This document shows positions 1 to 7,750 of a DNA stretch of 35,155 nt, piece by piece. The DNA is from a virus (Duplodnaviria > Caudoviricetes), in IMG/VR virus record IMGVR_UViG_3300011339_000762, positions 1 to 35,155 of that record; one strand, written 5' to 3'. A program made the position numbers and the translations under genes. The notes under the pieces are model-generated. The model searched no databases, was not told where the DNA came from, and saw only the letters and a list, made by a program, of their open reading frames with translations. Position 1 is the first letter of the stretch. The number at the start of each line of letters is the position of its first letter.

Positions 1-211
1 TGCTGTTGTACTTGTTTTATGACAGCACTACCAATTTTCACAAGCAGTTGCTAAAAAATGAGCGAAATTTTAGAGATTCTGTATTGCAAAGTATTGTATC
101 TTTGCAGAAAGATCGTGAGAAGTTAACTGATGAGATTGATACCTTAGAAAAAGTGCTATCCGATCAGACTGAGGATGTAAAGAAGCAGATTAGAAACATC
201 AAAATAAATAT
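1..211 (+). repeat. Terminal direct repeat copy 1 (circular assembly overlap)
   Basis: 1-211 matches 34945-35155 except at positions 65, 151 and 193. Confidence 0.97.
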
Positions 212-290
212 CAATGTACCACCTGCACCGCCAATACCTTATCACAGCCTTAGCGATTCTGCTTTGGTTGCCAGGGTTCTCGCAAATTAA
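6..290 (+). CDS. 3' part of the i-spanin/Rz-like protein (true start 34890)
   Basis: Coiled-coil then Pro-rich tail VPPAPPIP overlapping the next gene. Confidence 0.65.
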   Translation: MYLFYDSTTNFHKQLLKNERNFRDSVLQSIVSLQKDREKLTDEIDTLEKVLSDQTEDVKKQIRNIKININVPPAPPIPYHSLSDSALVARVLAN

Positions 291-651
291 GCCACATCCC
301 GATGGATTTATTGTCACTCGAACCTTTATGGAGTTGGTTGCTTCACGTTTTGACAGCTTGAAGCACTATAAGGCAGTAGTAAAAGAATCTGAGATTGTCC
401 TGGACAGCTGTTATTCTACTTTGAGCAAATACCAAAGACTGAATATGATGCAGGATAGAAGATTGCAGACAATGGAACTTGAGATATCGGGTTATAAGCA
501 GCTAATGGAAAGCTGTAATCGGGATGCCATTGTACACAAAGACATACAGAAAAAACTAACAAAAGAGATTCGCAGAAAAAAGACCTGGAAGATTATTGGC
601 ATCAGTACCAGTACGGGATTTTTAGCAGCACTAATCTTATTAGCACTATGA
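214..651 (+). CDS. Exported coiled-coil protein with C-terminal TM helix; possible spanin partner
   Basis: Signal-like N-terminus (ITALAILLWLPGFSQ), coiled-coil middle, basic patch plus hydrophobic C-terminus; starts inside the preceding gene. Confidence 0.6.
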   Translation: MYHLHRQYLITALAILLWLPGFSQIKPHPDGFIVTRTFMELVASRFDSLKHYKAVVKESEIVLDSCYSTLSKYQRLNMMQDRRLQTMELEISGYKQLMESCNRDAIVHKDIQKKLTKEIRRKKTWKIIGISTSTGFLAALILLAL

Positions 652-902
652 AAAACAAAGCTTACAACATTCCCGAAGAGCATAGGGAAGAACTTATTCA
701 ATTAAAGGATTGGATGTTGGAACTACCAAGAGGATTACCGCAAGGTGATGACCGTACAAGGTATCTATTTGAGATTTACAACGAATATCTCTTCACATCC
801 AATGTCATTATGGAAGACAACTGCTCATCATGCAGAGGTAAAGTATTCCGCAAGGTAATGGATGCAATTGAAACCTATGAATTTTATGGAATACATGGAT
901 AA
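648..902 (+). CDS. Hypothetical protein with CxxC (CSSC)
   Basis: ATGA-coupled to the upstream gene. Confidence 0.7.
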   Translation: MKNKAYNIPEEHREELIQLKDWMLELPRGLPQGDDRTRYLFEIYNEYLFTSNVIMEDNCSSCRGKVFRKVMDAIETYEFYGIHG

Positions 903-1167
903 TATTAAGAGCGAGTTTGCCAAAAGACTGGCAGAGCGTTTAGAGCAGATGGATAACATAACTCCTGAAACGTTATCTGATATGCTTATCGAATCGGGCA
1001 TCGTTTCTGAGCGTAGAGTTTTGCAGTATTGTGCCATCTGCGAGTTTTACGATAACATAGGGACCAAAACAAAAACGCAGACAATAAAAGAACTGTCTGC
1101 GAAATATTGTATCTCTGAGCGGATCCTGGTTGAACTTACAGGTCGGGAGCGGAGGTTTTTAGTTTAA
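862..1167 (+). CDS. Hypothetical protein with C-terminal HTH (Mor-like regulator possible)
   Basis: TIKELSAKYCISERIL resembles an HTH; start uncertain (862 or 877). Confidence 0.55.
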   Translation: MQLKPMNFMEYMDNIKSEFAKRLAERLEQMDNITPETLSDMLIESGIVSERRVLQYCAICEFYDNIGTKTKTQTIKELSAKYCISERILVELTGRERRFLV

Positions 1168-1900
1168 GTTTTTTGAGTGCCCTTTGGTGAAGGTATTTAA
1201 CTCCTTGCTGTGACATATTTAACTCAGTTGCCAGTTCCTGCCATGTTTTTGGAAAGGGAACAAGATAAACCTGGTGAATGATGTGCTGTTCCTTGTATGA
1301 CAGCTGTTCCATCAGTATTTTGATACGGTCTGCCATATCTTTGTTCTCATAGTAGTCCAAAAAGTTATCATCAGAAGCATATTGCTTTTCGTATTCATCA
1401 TCGTCTCCAATCTTTTCATCCATTGACTCTGTTGATGGCTTGTGAATAAAGTTTCTATAAACGCTATCGGTAATCTTTAGTTTATCTTTGATTTCCTCTT
1501 CTGAGTGGGTGTCAATTAGTTCAAGTATCTTTCTGTTGAAAATATTCTGTTGCTCCGATATTCTGATAACATTCCGAGTGTTACGAAGGTAAGACATTAT
1601 GGCTTGCTGAATATACCATACAGCATAAGAGATAAACTTGAAGCCTTTGGTTGCATCGTATCTCTCAGATGCCTTAATCAATCCAATCATTCCTTCCTGG
1701 ATTAAGTCTTTAAGGTCACTTGCTTTTCCTCCGTATTGCTTTGCGACACTTACAACAAAAAGCATACTATGTTTGACAAGTTGTTCGGGTGTTGCTGTAA
1801 CTTCCTGCTCAGGTGTGAGTGGTTTATACTTTGCAGCTTCAGTTAAAAAGTTCTGAATGTTGTGCTGTGTGAACGATTTTTCTATTTGTATTGGTCTCAT
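1136..1900 (-). CDS. Sigma-70 family RNA polymerase sigma factor (primary-sigma-like, no region 1.1)
   Basis: Region 1.2 (KYKPLTPEQE), region 2 (DLIQEGMIGLIKASERYDATKGFKFISYAVWYIQQAI), region 4 HTH ending ALKKLK. Confidence 0.93.
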   Translation of the reverse strand: MRPIQIEKSFTQHNIQNFLTEAAKYKPLTPEQEVTATPEQLVKHSMLFVVSVAKQYGGKASDLKDLIQEGMIGLIKASERYDATKGFKFISYAVWYIQQAIMSYLRNTRNVIRISEQQNIFNRKILELIDTHSEEEIKDKLKITDSVYRNFIHKPSTESMDEKIGDDDEYEKQYASDDNFLDYYENKDMADRIKILMEQLSYKEQHIIHQVYLVPFPKTWQELATELNMSQQGVKYLHQRALKKLKLKTSAPDL

Positions 1901-2436
1901 CTGTCGTACTTGTCAAGGTCATAAGTTTCAATTATATTTATAAGTGCTGTGGCATAGTGAGGAGCGGTGGCATATCCTGCTTTCTTCAATCCTCTTGCCC
2001 ATCGTTTATAGTCAGTTCGTTTAAGTTTTGTGAGATGTCGGTATCTGGTAGAAACTAACAGCTTTGAGTGGTCACGATACGATCTCCAAGCTGACTTGTA
2101 AACAACAAACCTATCGGTCGGAGTATCATCACGGAACACAGCGTATTTTTCTTTCCTGCTGCGATGCCATTTCATTCCGAAGTGGTTGTTGTGTTTTCTG
2201 CTTAGGTCAGATCGGCCCGAGTTACTTTCGATGATACCCTGAGCCAAGGTTATGCTAACTGGAATGTTGTATAGTTCTGCTTCACGCTGTGCAGTCTTTA
2301 AAAAGCGTTTGATGTATTTTTCAACATGAGCAGGTTTTTGTTTGGCAGGTCTTCCAGATGGTGGGTTGCCTGGCGTTGCAAGTTTAAATGACAGCAATAG
2401 TGCTGCGAGTACGGTAACGATTAGAATGTTTCTCAT
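1897..2436 (-). CDS. GH73 glucosaminidase/muramidase (FlgJ-like) with signal peptide
   Basis: IPVSITLAQGIIES, NNHFGMK, WARGLKKAGYATAPHYA motifs; hydrophobic N-terminus. Confidence 0.92.
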   Translation of the reverse strand: MRNILIVTVLAALLLSFKLATPGNPPSGRPAKQKPAHVEKYIKRFLKTAQREAELYNIPVSITLAQGIIESNSGRSDLSRKHNNHFGMKWHRSRKEKYAVFRDDTPTDRFVVYKSAWRSYRDHSKLLVSTRYRHLTKLKRTDYKRWARGLKKAGYATAPHYATALINIIETYDLDKYDR

Positions 2437-2442
2437 TGGTAG

Positions 2443-2607
2443 TTAATTTTGATTGTTATAGTTTTGGTCTGATGCCTGGATGAGTTGTTCAGTTTCGATA
2501 TCATAGGCATTGATAAAGTCTGCCAGGGTAAGTTTTTGTTTTCGGTCCATGTACATACGGAATAAAAACTCAACTGCTGTTTCTACTTCTTCATGTTCTT
2601 CGTTCAT
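2443..2607 (-). CDS. Small hypothetical protein (54 aa, TAVE-motif), not in ORF track
   Basis: MNEEHEEVETAVEFLFRMYMD...; ATG overlaps the upstream stop, fills the gap exactly, resembles 3204..3413. Confidence 0.75.
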   Translation of the reverse strand: MNEEHEEVETAVEFLFRMYMDRKQKLTLADFINAYDIETEQLIQASDQNYNNQN

Positions 2608-2972
2608 ATAAATGGTTTGATTAAATTAAATACTTGCCTTGTTTCGTTTTCGGCATAAGTTACTATTTGTTCTTCATGTTCTAAATTCCAATTGTAAACT
2701 ATCATTGCAGCATGAAACATTTCATGGTTAATAAGCAAGGTAGTTTCTAAATCATCCGTACAGCGAGATAAATTTATAAACACAAAGAACTTGTCTGAGT
2801 TTGGATAATAATTGCACCATCCTGCAATGTAAGCATCTTCAGTAGTATTTTGGTGTAGCATGCAGCTTTTATAGTTTAAGCCATGCAGTTCCATTTCACC
2901 TAAGTGCCAAAATATCATGCAAGGATTATAGCTTAGCAAAAGCGTGTAATTAGGTCGCGTTATTTCAATCAT
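2604..2972 (-). CDS. Hypothetical protein with HExxH motif (zincin-like)
   Basis: LINHEMFH followed by a downstream EHEE. Confidence 0.7.
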   Translation of the reverse strand: MIEITRPNYTLLLSYNPCMIFWHLGEMELHGLNYKSCMLHQNTTEDAYIAGWCNYYPNSDKFFVFINLSRCTDDLETTLLINHEMFHAAMIVYNWNLEHEEQIVTYAENETRQVFNLIKPFI

Positions 2973-2987
2973 AATATTTAGTTTTTG

Positions 2988-3087
2988 TAGTCAGGACAAG
3001 GATTCGAACCTGTATATCTGGTACCCATTTTTACCGTTAGGTGTTAAACCCACTGACTTGTGCGTCTACCAATTCCGCCACCTGACT
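2988..3087 (-). tRNA. tRNA-Leu-like element with aberrant anticodon/variable region (pseudo-tRNA or tRNA mimic)
   Basis: Acceptor AGTCAGG/CCTGACT, Leu-type D arm GCGGAATTGGTAGACGC, T loop GGTTCGAATCC, discriminator A, no CCA; the 47-nt centre does not form a normal anticodon arm. Confidence 0.8.
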
Positions 3088-3203
3088 TTAAAATACGCGT
3101 TTTTGAATTATCCCTTGAACGCTAACAATGCCAACATACGATTTGGAATACCTATGTATTATCTTCGGTCCATGCAGGTGCACCTGCAGAGGGCTAATTT
3201 TTT

Positions 3204-3413
3204 TTATAAAACATTTATATCTATTTTTCCTGCTTCTAATCTTTCAGCTATCCACCTTGCAGTGTCATCGTGTCCAAGTTCGTGATATAAAATATTTAAA
3301 ACTATTTGCTTTTTCTGTTGCTTTTCCATTTCGAGGGCGTGTTTAATTTCTTCTTTCCAAGTTTCCGTATGTTCGCCAAATATCTGCTGAACTAAATATT
3401 CTACTGCTGTCAT
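3204..3413 (-). CDS. Hypothetical protein (TAVEYL...ALEMEKQQ type)
   Basis: ATGA-coupled ORF within the minus-strand operon. Confidence 0.8.
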   Translation of the reverse strand: MTAVEYLVQQIFGEHTETWKEEIKHALEMEKQQKKQIVLNILYHELGHDDTARWIAERLEAGKIDINVL

Positions 3414-3577
3414 TTCAAAGGTTTTATTTCCGTAATGGAGTCGTCAACAAAAAAGATTTTCAATGTGTCAGCACCGTTGAAATCCTGCTCAGGTGCTTTG
3501 TATTCCTGCTTCATCTCGCAGCGTAATAGTTGCCATACCAAGATTGACAAAACTATTACTGCTAAAATGTCCCTCAT
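3410..3577 (-). CDS. Small membrane/exported protein (55 aa), not in ORF track
   Basis: MRDILAVIVLSILVWQLLRC...; ATGA overlaps with both neighbours. Confidence 0.75.
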   Translation of the reverse strand: MRDILAVIVLSILVWQLLRCEMKQEYKAPEQDFNGADTLKIFFVDDSITEIKPLK

Positions 3578-3888
3578 GACTTTGGAACAAAGTTTTTGAG
3601 CTGCTTTACCTCTTGTCTGGTCCTCCTACAGATAAAAGCGTCTTTGTGCGCCCTTTGCCAGGTAGCAATCATGTAGTCAGCCTCCATCTCAGTTTCGTAA
3701 ACAAAAAGGATCCTGTAATATTCGCCAGCCTGTTCTACCTTTGCAGAGTCCAAAGTGCACATTGCGAGGTGCTCCGCTCTGATGTACTGCGGAGTGCGAG
3801 TAGAAAGGATTTGGATGCAGTAAACGGTGTCAGTTTGTTGAGCTGCTGCGCTGAATGACAGCATAAGGATAAAAAATAAAGTTCTCAT
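3574..3888 (-). CDS. Secreted protein, SPOR-domain-like (true start 3888)
   Basis: Signal peptide MRTLFFILMLSFSAAAQ; YCIQI...YYRIL...EA...DAFI pattern resembles SPOR; the track's 4014 start overlaps the upstream gene. Confidence 0.65.
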   Translation of the reverse strand: MRTLFFILMLSFSAAAQQTDTVYCIQILSTRTPQYIRAEHLAMCTLDSAKVEQAGEYYRILFVYETEMEADYMIATWQRAHKDAFICRRTRQEVKQLKNFVPKS

Positions 3889-3913
3889 GTTGTTGGTAGT
3901 TTTAAAAAGTGAT

Positions 3914-4369
3914 TTATTTAAGTTGTTCGATTTTTCTGATGGCCCAGTTGATACCTTCATCTCCGCCCCAGGCATCCCACATAAGGCCTCCGCATCCTTC
4001 TTCGTATGAAACATTTTTGTTCTGTGCGTGTCTTACGAAGGCTGCCATACGTTTTACTGTTGTGAGGCTTATTGGTTCACGTTTAGCCAGTTGATTGGCT
4101 CGCATCCATCCTACAAGAGTGCCACAGTCATTCTTATTTCCGTTCTGTTCCTTCCAATCCAATGCACGTTTGGCATTGTCACTTGCTGCTTGTGGGTAGT
4201 CGGTGTAGCTATCTTCGTTAACTGGAGCAGATTTTTTGTTTTCGAACTTGACAGCACAGATGGCATATCGTTGTGACTGATCATAGTCGGCAATCATATT
4301 CTCATCCGACATACAGCGTTCAATGAACTTGTCGAATGATTCTCCAGGATTAGGTGTTGGAATGGGCAT
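3914..4369 (-). CDS. Conserved-looking hypothetical phage protein
   Basis: Two modules: PIPTPNPGESFDKFIERCM and SYTDYPQAA...CGTLVGW.RANQLA...LMWDAWGG. Confidence 0.8.
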   Translation of the reverse strand: MPIPTPNPGESFDKFIERCMSDENMIADYDQSQRYAICAVKFENKKSAPVNEDSYTDYPQAASDNAKRALDWKEQNGNKNDCGTLVGWMRANQLAKREPISLTTVKRMAAFVRHAQNKNVSYEEGCGGLMWDAWGGDEGINWAIRKIEQLK

Positions 4370-4643
4370 AGATTAGTAAATTTGGAACGTATTTGATAAT
4401 TGATGAGTAAATCTCATCTTGATTAACTTGTAATATCTCATGTCTTGATACAAAATTATAATTCATTCCGATAACTCCAAAATAAACATCGAACTTTTCG
4501 GGATTTATTTTGCATCTGTGGACATAAACTTTGTTTGTATTTGCACCTGCTAACCAGGTATGACCAATGATCAGAAGGTTGTCGCTGACCTGTACTGTCT
4601 CAACGAAGAAATGTTTTCTGTAAATTGCTGCTAAATCTCTCAT
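4350..4643 (-). CDS. Hypothetical protein, first gene of the leftward early operon
   Basis: ATG preceded by AACTACCA box and promoter. Confidence 0.75.
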   Translation of the reverse strand: MRDLAAIYRKHFFVETVQVSDNLLIIGHTWLAGANTNKVYVHRCKINPEKFDVYFGVIGMNYNFVSRHEILQVNQDEIYSSIIKYVPNLLIYAHSNT

Positions 4644-4682
4644 GATGGTAGTTTTTTGATGTGTTATAAATCGATTGCATTA

Positions 4683-4712
4683 CAAAAGTAGTAATAATAT
4701 TTTATTACACAA
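4683..4712 (-). promoter_or_regulatory. Bacteroidetes-type promoter (TTG-N19-TACTTTTG) with 18-bp operator in the spacer
   Basis: -7 box at 4683-4690, TTG at 4710-4712, GTAATAATATTTTATTAC at 4691-4708. Confidence 0.8.
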
Positions 4713-4784
4713 ATATAAAAGACATTTTTTTGCACTAAAATGATAATATTTTTCTATTATAATTGTGCAAATTCATTTTTTGAT

Positions 4785-5930
4785 ATGTATAAATTCAAAG
4801 CAGAAGCAGCTGAAATGACGATTAACGGTGAGATTGACGCTTTTTATGGCGAAAATCTTCGTTACATTGACTATGACCTGCAAGATGCAAAAGATATAAA
4901 GATTTTTCTGAACTCAGGTGGCGGACAAGTTACCGAGGGTTTTGCCATTGCTGACCGTTTACGCAGGCACGGACAAAACAACAATGTTTCTGTGACCGTT
5001 TGTGGCCTCTGTGCATCCATTGCAACAATGATTCACGCAGCAGGCAGTACAGGCAGCAGAAAGATGACAGCCAATTCTTTCTATATGATACATAACACCG
5101 CTGTCTTTGCGGAGGGCGGATCTAAGACACTTCGCAGTTTAGCCGATACACTTGATTCAATGTCAGACCGTATTGCTGAAAACTATGTTGATGTTATCGA
5201 ATCCAATAGCAAGCTGATAAATGGTACCCGTGAGCAGACCAAAGCGCAGGTTATTCAATGGATGGATAAAGAAACGTGGTTCTCAGCTCAACAGGCTTAT
5301 GAGGTCGGCCTCATAGATGGTATTGAGTCAGCCTCAACATATATTACTCCTGAGTCCGCTCCGAGTATCAAAAATCAAATTCGTAACTGTGTAAATGTTC
5401 CTACTGAACTTATGGCAGAACTTGACAATAACATCACAGCTGAAGAAAAATCTTTCTTCACAAAATTCTTGGCGTTTTTGGGTTTTGCGCCAAAGCCTGC
5501 TGTTGCAGAAGAAAAACCCGAAGAAATAATTCAAAACAATATTCAAAACATTGAAACAATGACTGAAGAACAAATGATCGAAGCTCTTAAGGCTGCTGGA
5601 TATACAGTTGAACTCGAAGCACCTGAAGAGGAAGTAATGGTCGAAGAAGAAAAAACAATGACACATGAAGAAATGATGTCTGCACTTGAAGCTAAAGGCA
5701 TTAAAGTTAAAAAAGCTGAAGCCGAAGCTGTAAGCAATGAAATCAAAGCACTTCGTGAGGAAATTGCTCGCATCAAACAAGGCGAGAAGAAACCACAGGT
5801 TACTGCCAAAACAGAATCAAACGAAAATCTTAGCCGTAGAGAACGTGCATTGAAGAAATTCTCAGACAAAAACGAAGGAATGCTCGTTAATGCTGCGAAA
5901 TCTATCAAAAGCAAGTTGAACGGAGAATAA
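4785..5930 (+). CDS. ClpP-like (S14) head maturation protease with acidic scaffold-like C-terminus
   Basis: LNSGGG, GLCASIAT, YMIHN, ETWFSAQQAYEVGLID motifs; likely start ATG 4785. Confidence 0.92.
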   Translation: MYKFKAEAAEMTINGEIDAFYGENLRYIDYDLQDAKDIKIFLNSGGGQVTEGFAIADRLRRHGQNNNVSVTVCGLCASIATMIHAAGSTGSRKMTANSFYMIHNTAVFAEGGSKTLRSLADTLDSMSDRIAENYVDVIESNSKLINGTREQTKAQVIQWMDKETWFSAQQAYEVGLIDGIESASTYITPESAPSIKNQIRNCVNVPTELMAELDNNITAEEKSFFTKFLAFLGFAPKPAVAEEKPEEIIQNNIQNIETMTEEQMIEALKAAGYTVELEAPEEEVMVEEEKTMTHEEMMSALEAKGIKVKKAEAEAVSNEIKALREEIARIKQGEKKPQVTAKTESNENLSRRERALKKFSDKNEGMLVNAAKSIKSKLNGE

Positions 5931-5963
5931 TTTTATCTTAAAACAAATCCAAAAAATATAAAA

Positions 5964-6665
5964 ATGGAGAAGAATTTCAAAAAGGCTGCCGTAAATCCGT
6001 TTGTTAAAGCAAACAGCGGTGGTATTATCCTTAAAGGAATGAACGTAGGTTATAGCACAGAAGCTCCTACATTCAACGTAGTTATCGCTGCTGGTGGTAA
6101 CTCAGCAACTTTCACACTTAACTCAGCTAACTTGGCTCAGTTTGAGTTCGTACGTTACAACATCACAGATTCAGCTGGCAATGGTAACGGTGCTGTTTAT
6201 GCTTCAGGTACTGAAACTTTGAACATCACTACTGTTTCTAAAGCTTACAACGGTATCGGTCCTGATGCTTCAATCGAGATTGTTTACAAGTTGGTAGGAC
6301 AAGAGCAAGTGCTTTCTTACAGCATCAATCTTGATTCTGCTTCTTTGGTTGCAGGTGTAACTGTAAACACAGCTGCTGCTCTTGACAGCGATGCAAGAGG
6401 TGCTTACTTGGTAATCGATGGAGTATCTTACAGCAGCGGTGCAACTGAAACAACTGTTGACATAGTTGATGCCATCGGTCTTGTTGGTTTCACTCTTGAA
6501 GCTAAGGTAAACAATCAAACCAATACTGGTGTAGTTGGTGCTGATGGTTCAGTAACAATCGTTGTAGATGGTGCGCTCAGTTCAGGTACTTATGTAGTAA
6601 CTGTTAAAGTTACCAATGCTGGTCCTGAATACGGTAGCTTCCAAACAGCTTCATTAACAGTTTAA
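5964..6665 (+). CDS. Structural protein, probable head decoration (beta-rich/Ig-like)
   Basis: Between protease and capsid; G/A/T/V-rich with highly-expressed-type codon usage. Confidence 0.6.
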   Translation: MEKNFKKAAVNPFVKANSGGIILKGMNVGYSTEAPTFNVVIAAGGNSATFTLNSANLAQFEFVRYNITDSAGNGNGAVYASGTETLNITTVSKAYNGIGPDASIEIVYKLVGQEQVLSYSINLDSASLVAGVTVNTAAALDSDARGAYLVIDGVSYSSGATETTVDIVDAIGLVGFTLEAKVNNQTNTGVVGADGSVTIVVDGALSSGTYVVTVKVTNAGPEYGSFQTASLTV

Positions 6666-6693
6666 TCTTTTCACTCAAAACAAAATTTCGAAA

Positions 6694-7689
6694 ATGGAAT
6701 CTTTAAATATCAAATTGAATGCGCAGGATGCTATCGACATCATGTTCGAACCTGTGTTCATTGACAAAGATATGATGAGCGACTTTGCCATCGTTAAAAA
6801 TCTTTATGCAGGAGAATACAAAATCGGTCTTCTCGGTGCAATGAAAAACGTAACTGGTAAGCTCCAGGCTTGTTCACCTAAATACAAAGGTGTAAGCAAC
6901 ATGAGCGAGCGTACTTTGGTTGCTCAGTATGTTGAGGCTGGTACAAAAATGTGTTATGAGGAGTTCATCAATACTCACTATGACCTACTTGCTCCGCTTT
7001 ACACTACTGCCAAAGGTAATCCTGATTTAACTATCCTTCTTAACTTGCTTACTAAGCAGTTAGGTGATGGTATCAAATCTGACGTACAACGTGTTGCTTG
7101 GTTCGGTGATGTTGCTTCTGCTGATGACAATCTCAACTGGGCAGATGGTATCTTCAAATACCTTGACCAATTGGTTTTGGCTAACACAGTTGGTGCTTAC
7201 ACTAACTCAAATCAAGGTACTACCTTGACAAACCAACAGGCTTATGAGCTTCTTCAGGATGTTGTGAACGCTGCTCCTGCTGCTCTTAAAACTATGCCTG
7301 CATCTGAGAAGATTATTCACATCAACGGTCTTCTTTGGGATCAGGTTCTAACTTACCTTGAAGACAATGCAGTAAGTAATGGTTTCATCAAAGTATTCGA
7401 AGATGATTTGAACAAAATCGTAGGTACTTACAGAGGCATCAAAATCAAGGCTCATTACGAGTGGGATGAAATCTCTCAGGAGTATTTCGGATTGACTGAC
7501 CAGAACAAAGTTGTTTACACTCACAAGTCAAACATCGTTGTAGGTACTGACCTTAGACCTGATGCAACTGGTGGAGCTTCTTTCTTCAAAGTTTATCAGA
7601 ATCCTGAAACTGACGAAATCACTCTTCGTGCTAAGTTTGTGTTCAACACCAACTATGTATGGCCTGAGTTGTTCTCAGTAGGTCTATAA
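6694..7689 (+). CDS. Major capsid protein (putative)
   Basis: 331 aa downstream of the protease; AWFGD...DGIFK and NIVVGTD patterns; followed by a terminator. Confidence 0.82.
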   Translation: MESLNIKLNAQDAIDIMFEPVFIDKDMMSDFAIVKNLYAGEYKIGLLGAMKNVTGKLQACSPKYKGVSNMSERTLVAQYVEAGTKMCYEEFINTHYDLLAPLYTTAKGNPDLTILLNLLTKQLGDGIKSDVQRVAWFGDVASADDNLNWADGIFKYLDQLVLANTVGAYTNSNQGTTLTNQQAYELLQDVVNAAPAALKTMPASEKIIHINGLLWDQVLTYLEDNAVSNGFIKVFEDDLNKIVGTYRGIKIKAHYEWDEISQEYFGLTDQNKVVYTHKSNIVVGTDLRPDATGGASFFKVYQNPETDEITLRAKFVFNTNYVWPELFSVGL

Positions 7690-7698
7690 GAATGAATA

Positions 7699-7725
7699 AG
7701 GGCAGTTTAACCGCTGCCCTATTTT
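7699..7725 (+). terminator. Intrinsic terminator after capsid gene
   Basis: AGGGCAG-N8-CTGCCCT followed by ATTTT. Confidence 0.7.
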
Positions 7726-7750
7726 AAAATTTAATAATTCAAAAAATATT

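Noticed and set aside
721-728. AACTACCA copy inside gene 648..902
   Set aside because: About 25 codons into a late-strand gene and not near a start; consistent with chance.
1136-1167. 32-nt convergent overlap between the sigma gene and 862..1167
   Set aside because: Short tail-to-tail overlaps are common in compact phages; no additional structure seen.
2988-3087. tRNA-like element as attP of a temperate phage
   Set aside because: No integrase or recombinase ORF recognised and no host flanks in the window.
3088-3214. Possible ~41-codon minus-strand ORF interrupted at an A8 run
   Set aside because: Needs a 1-nt deletion to open, and the product has no recognisable features.
5334-5914. Long antisense ORFs opposite the protease gene (and similar ones opposite the helicase, terL and tape measure)
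   Set aside because: Shadow frames of biased-codon genes; F/S/C-rich with no start context.
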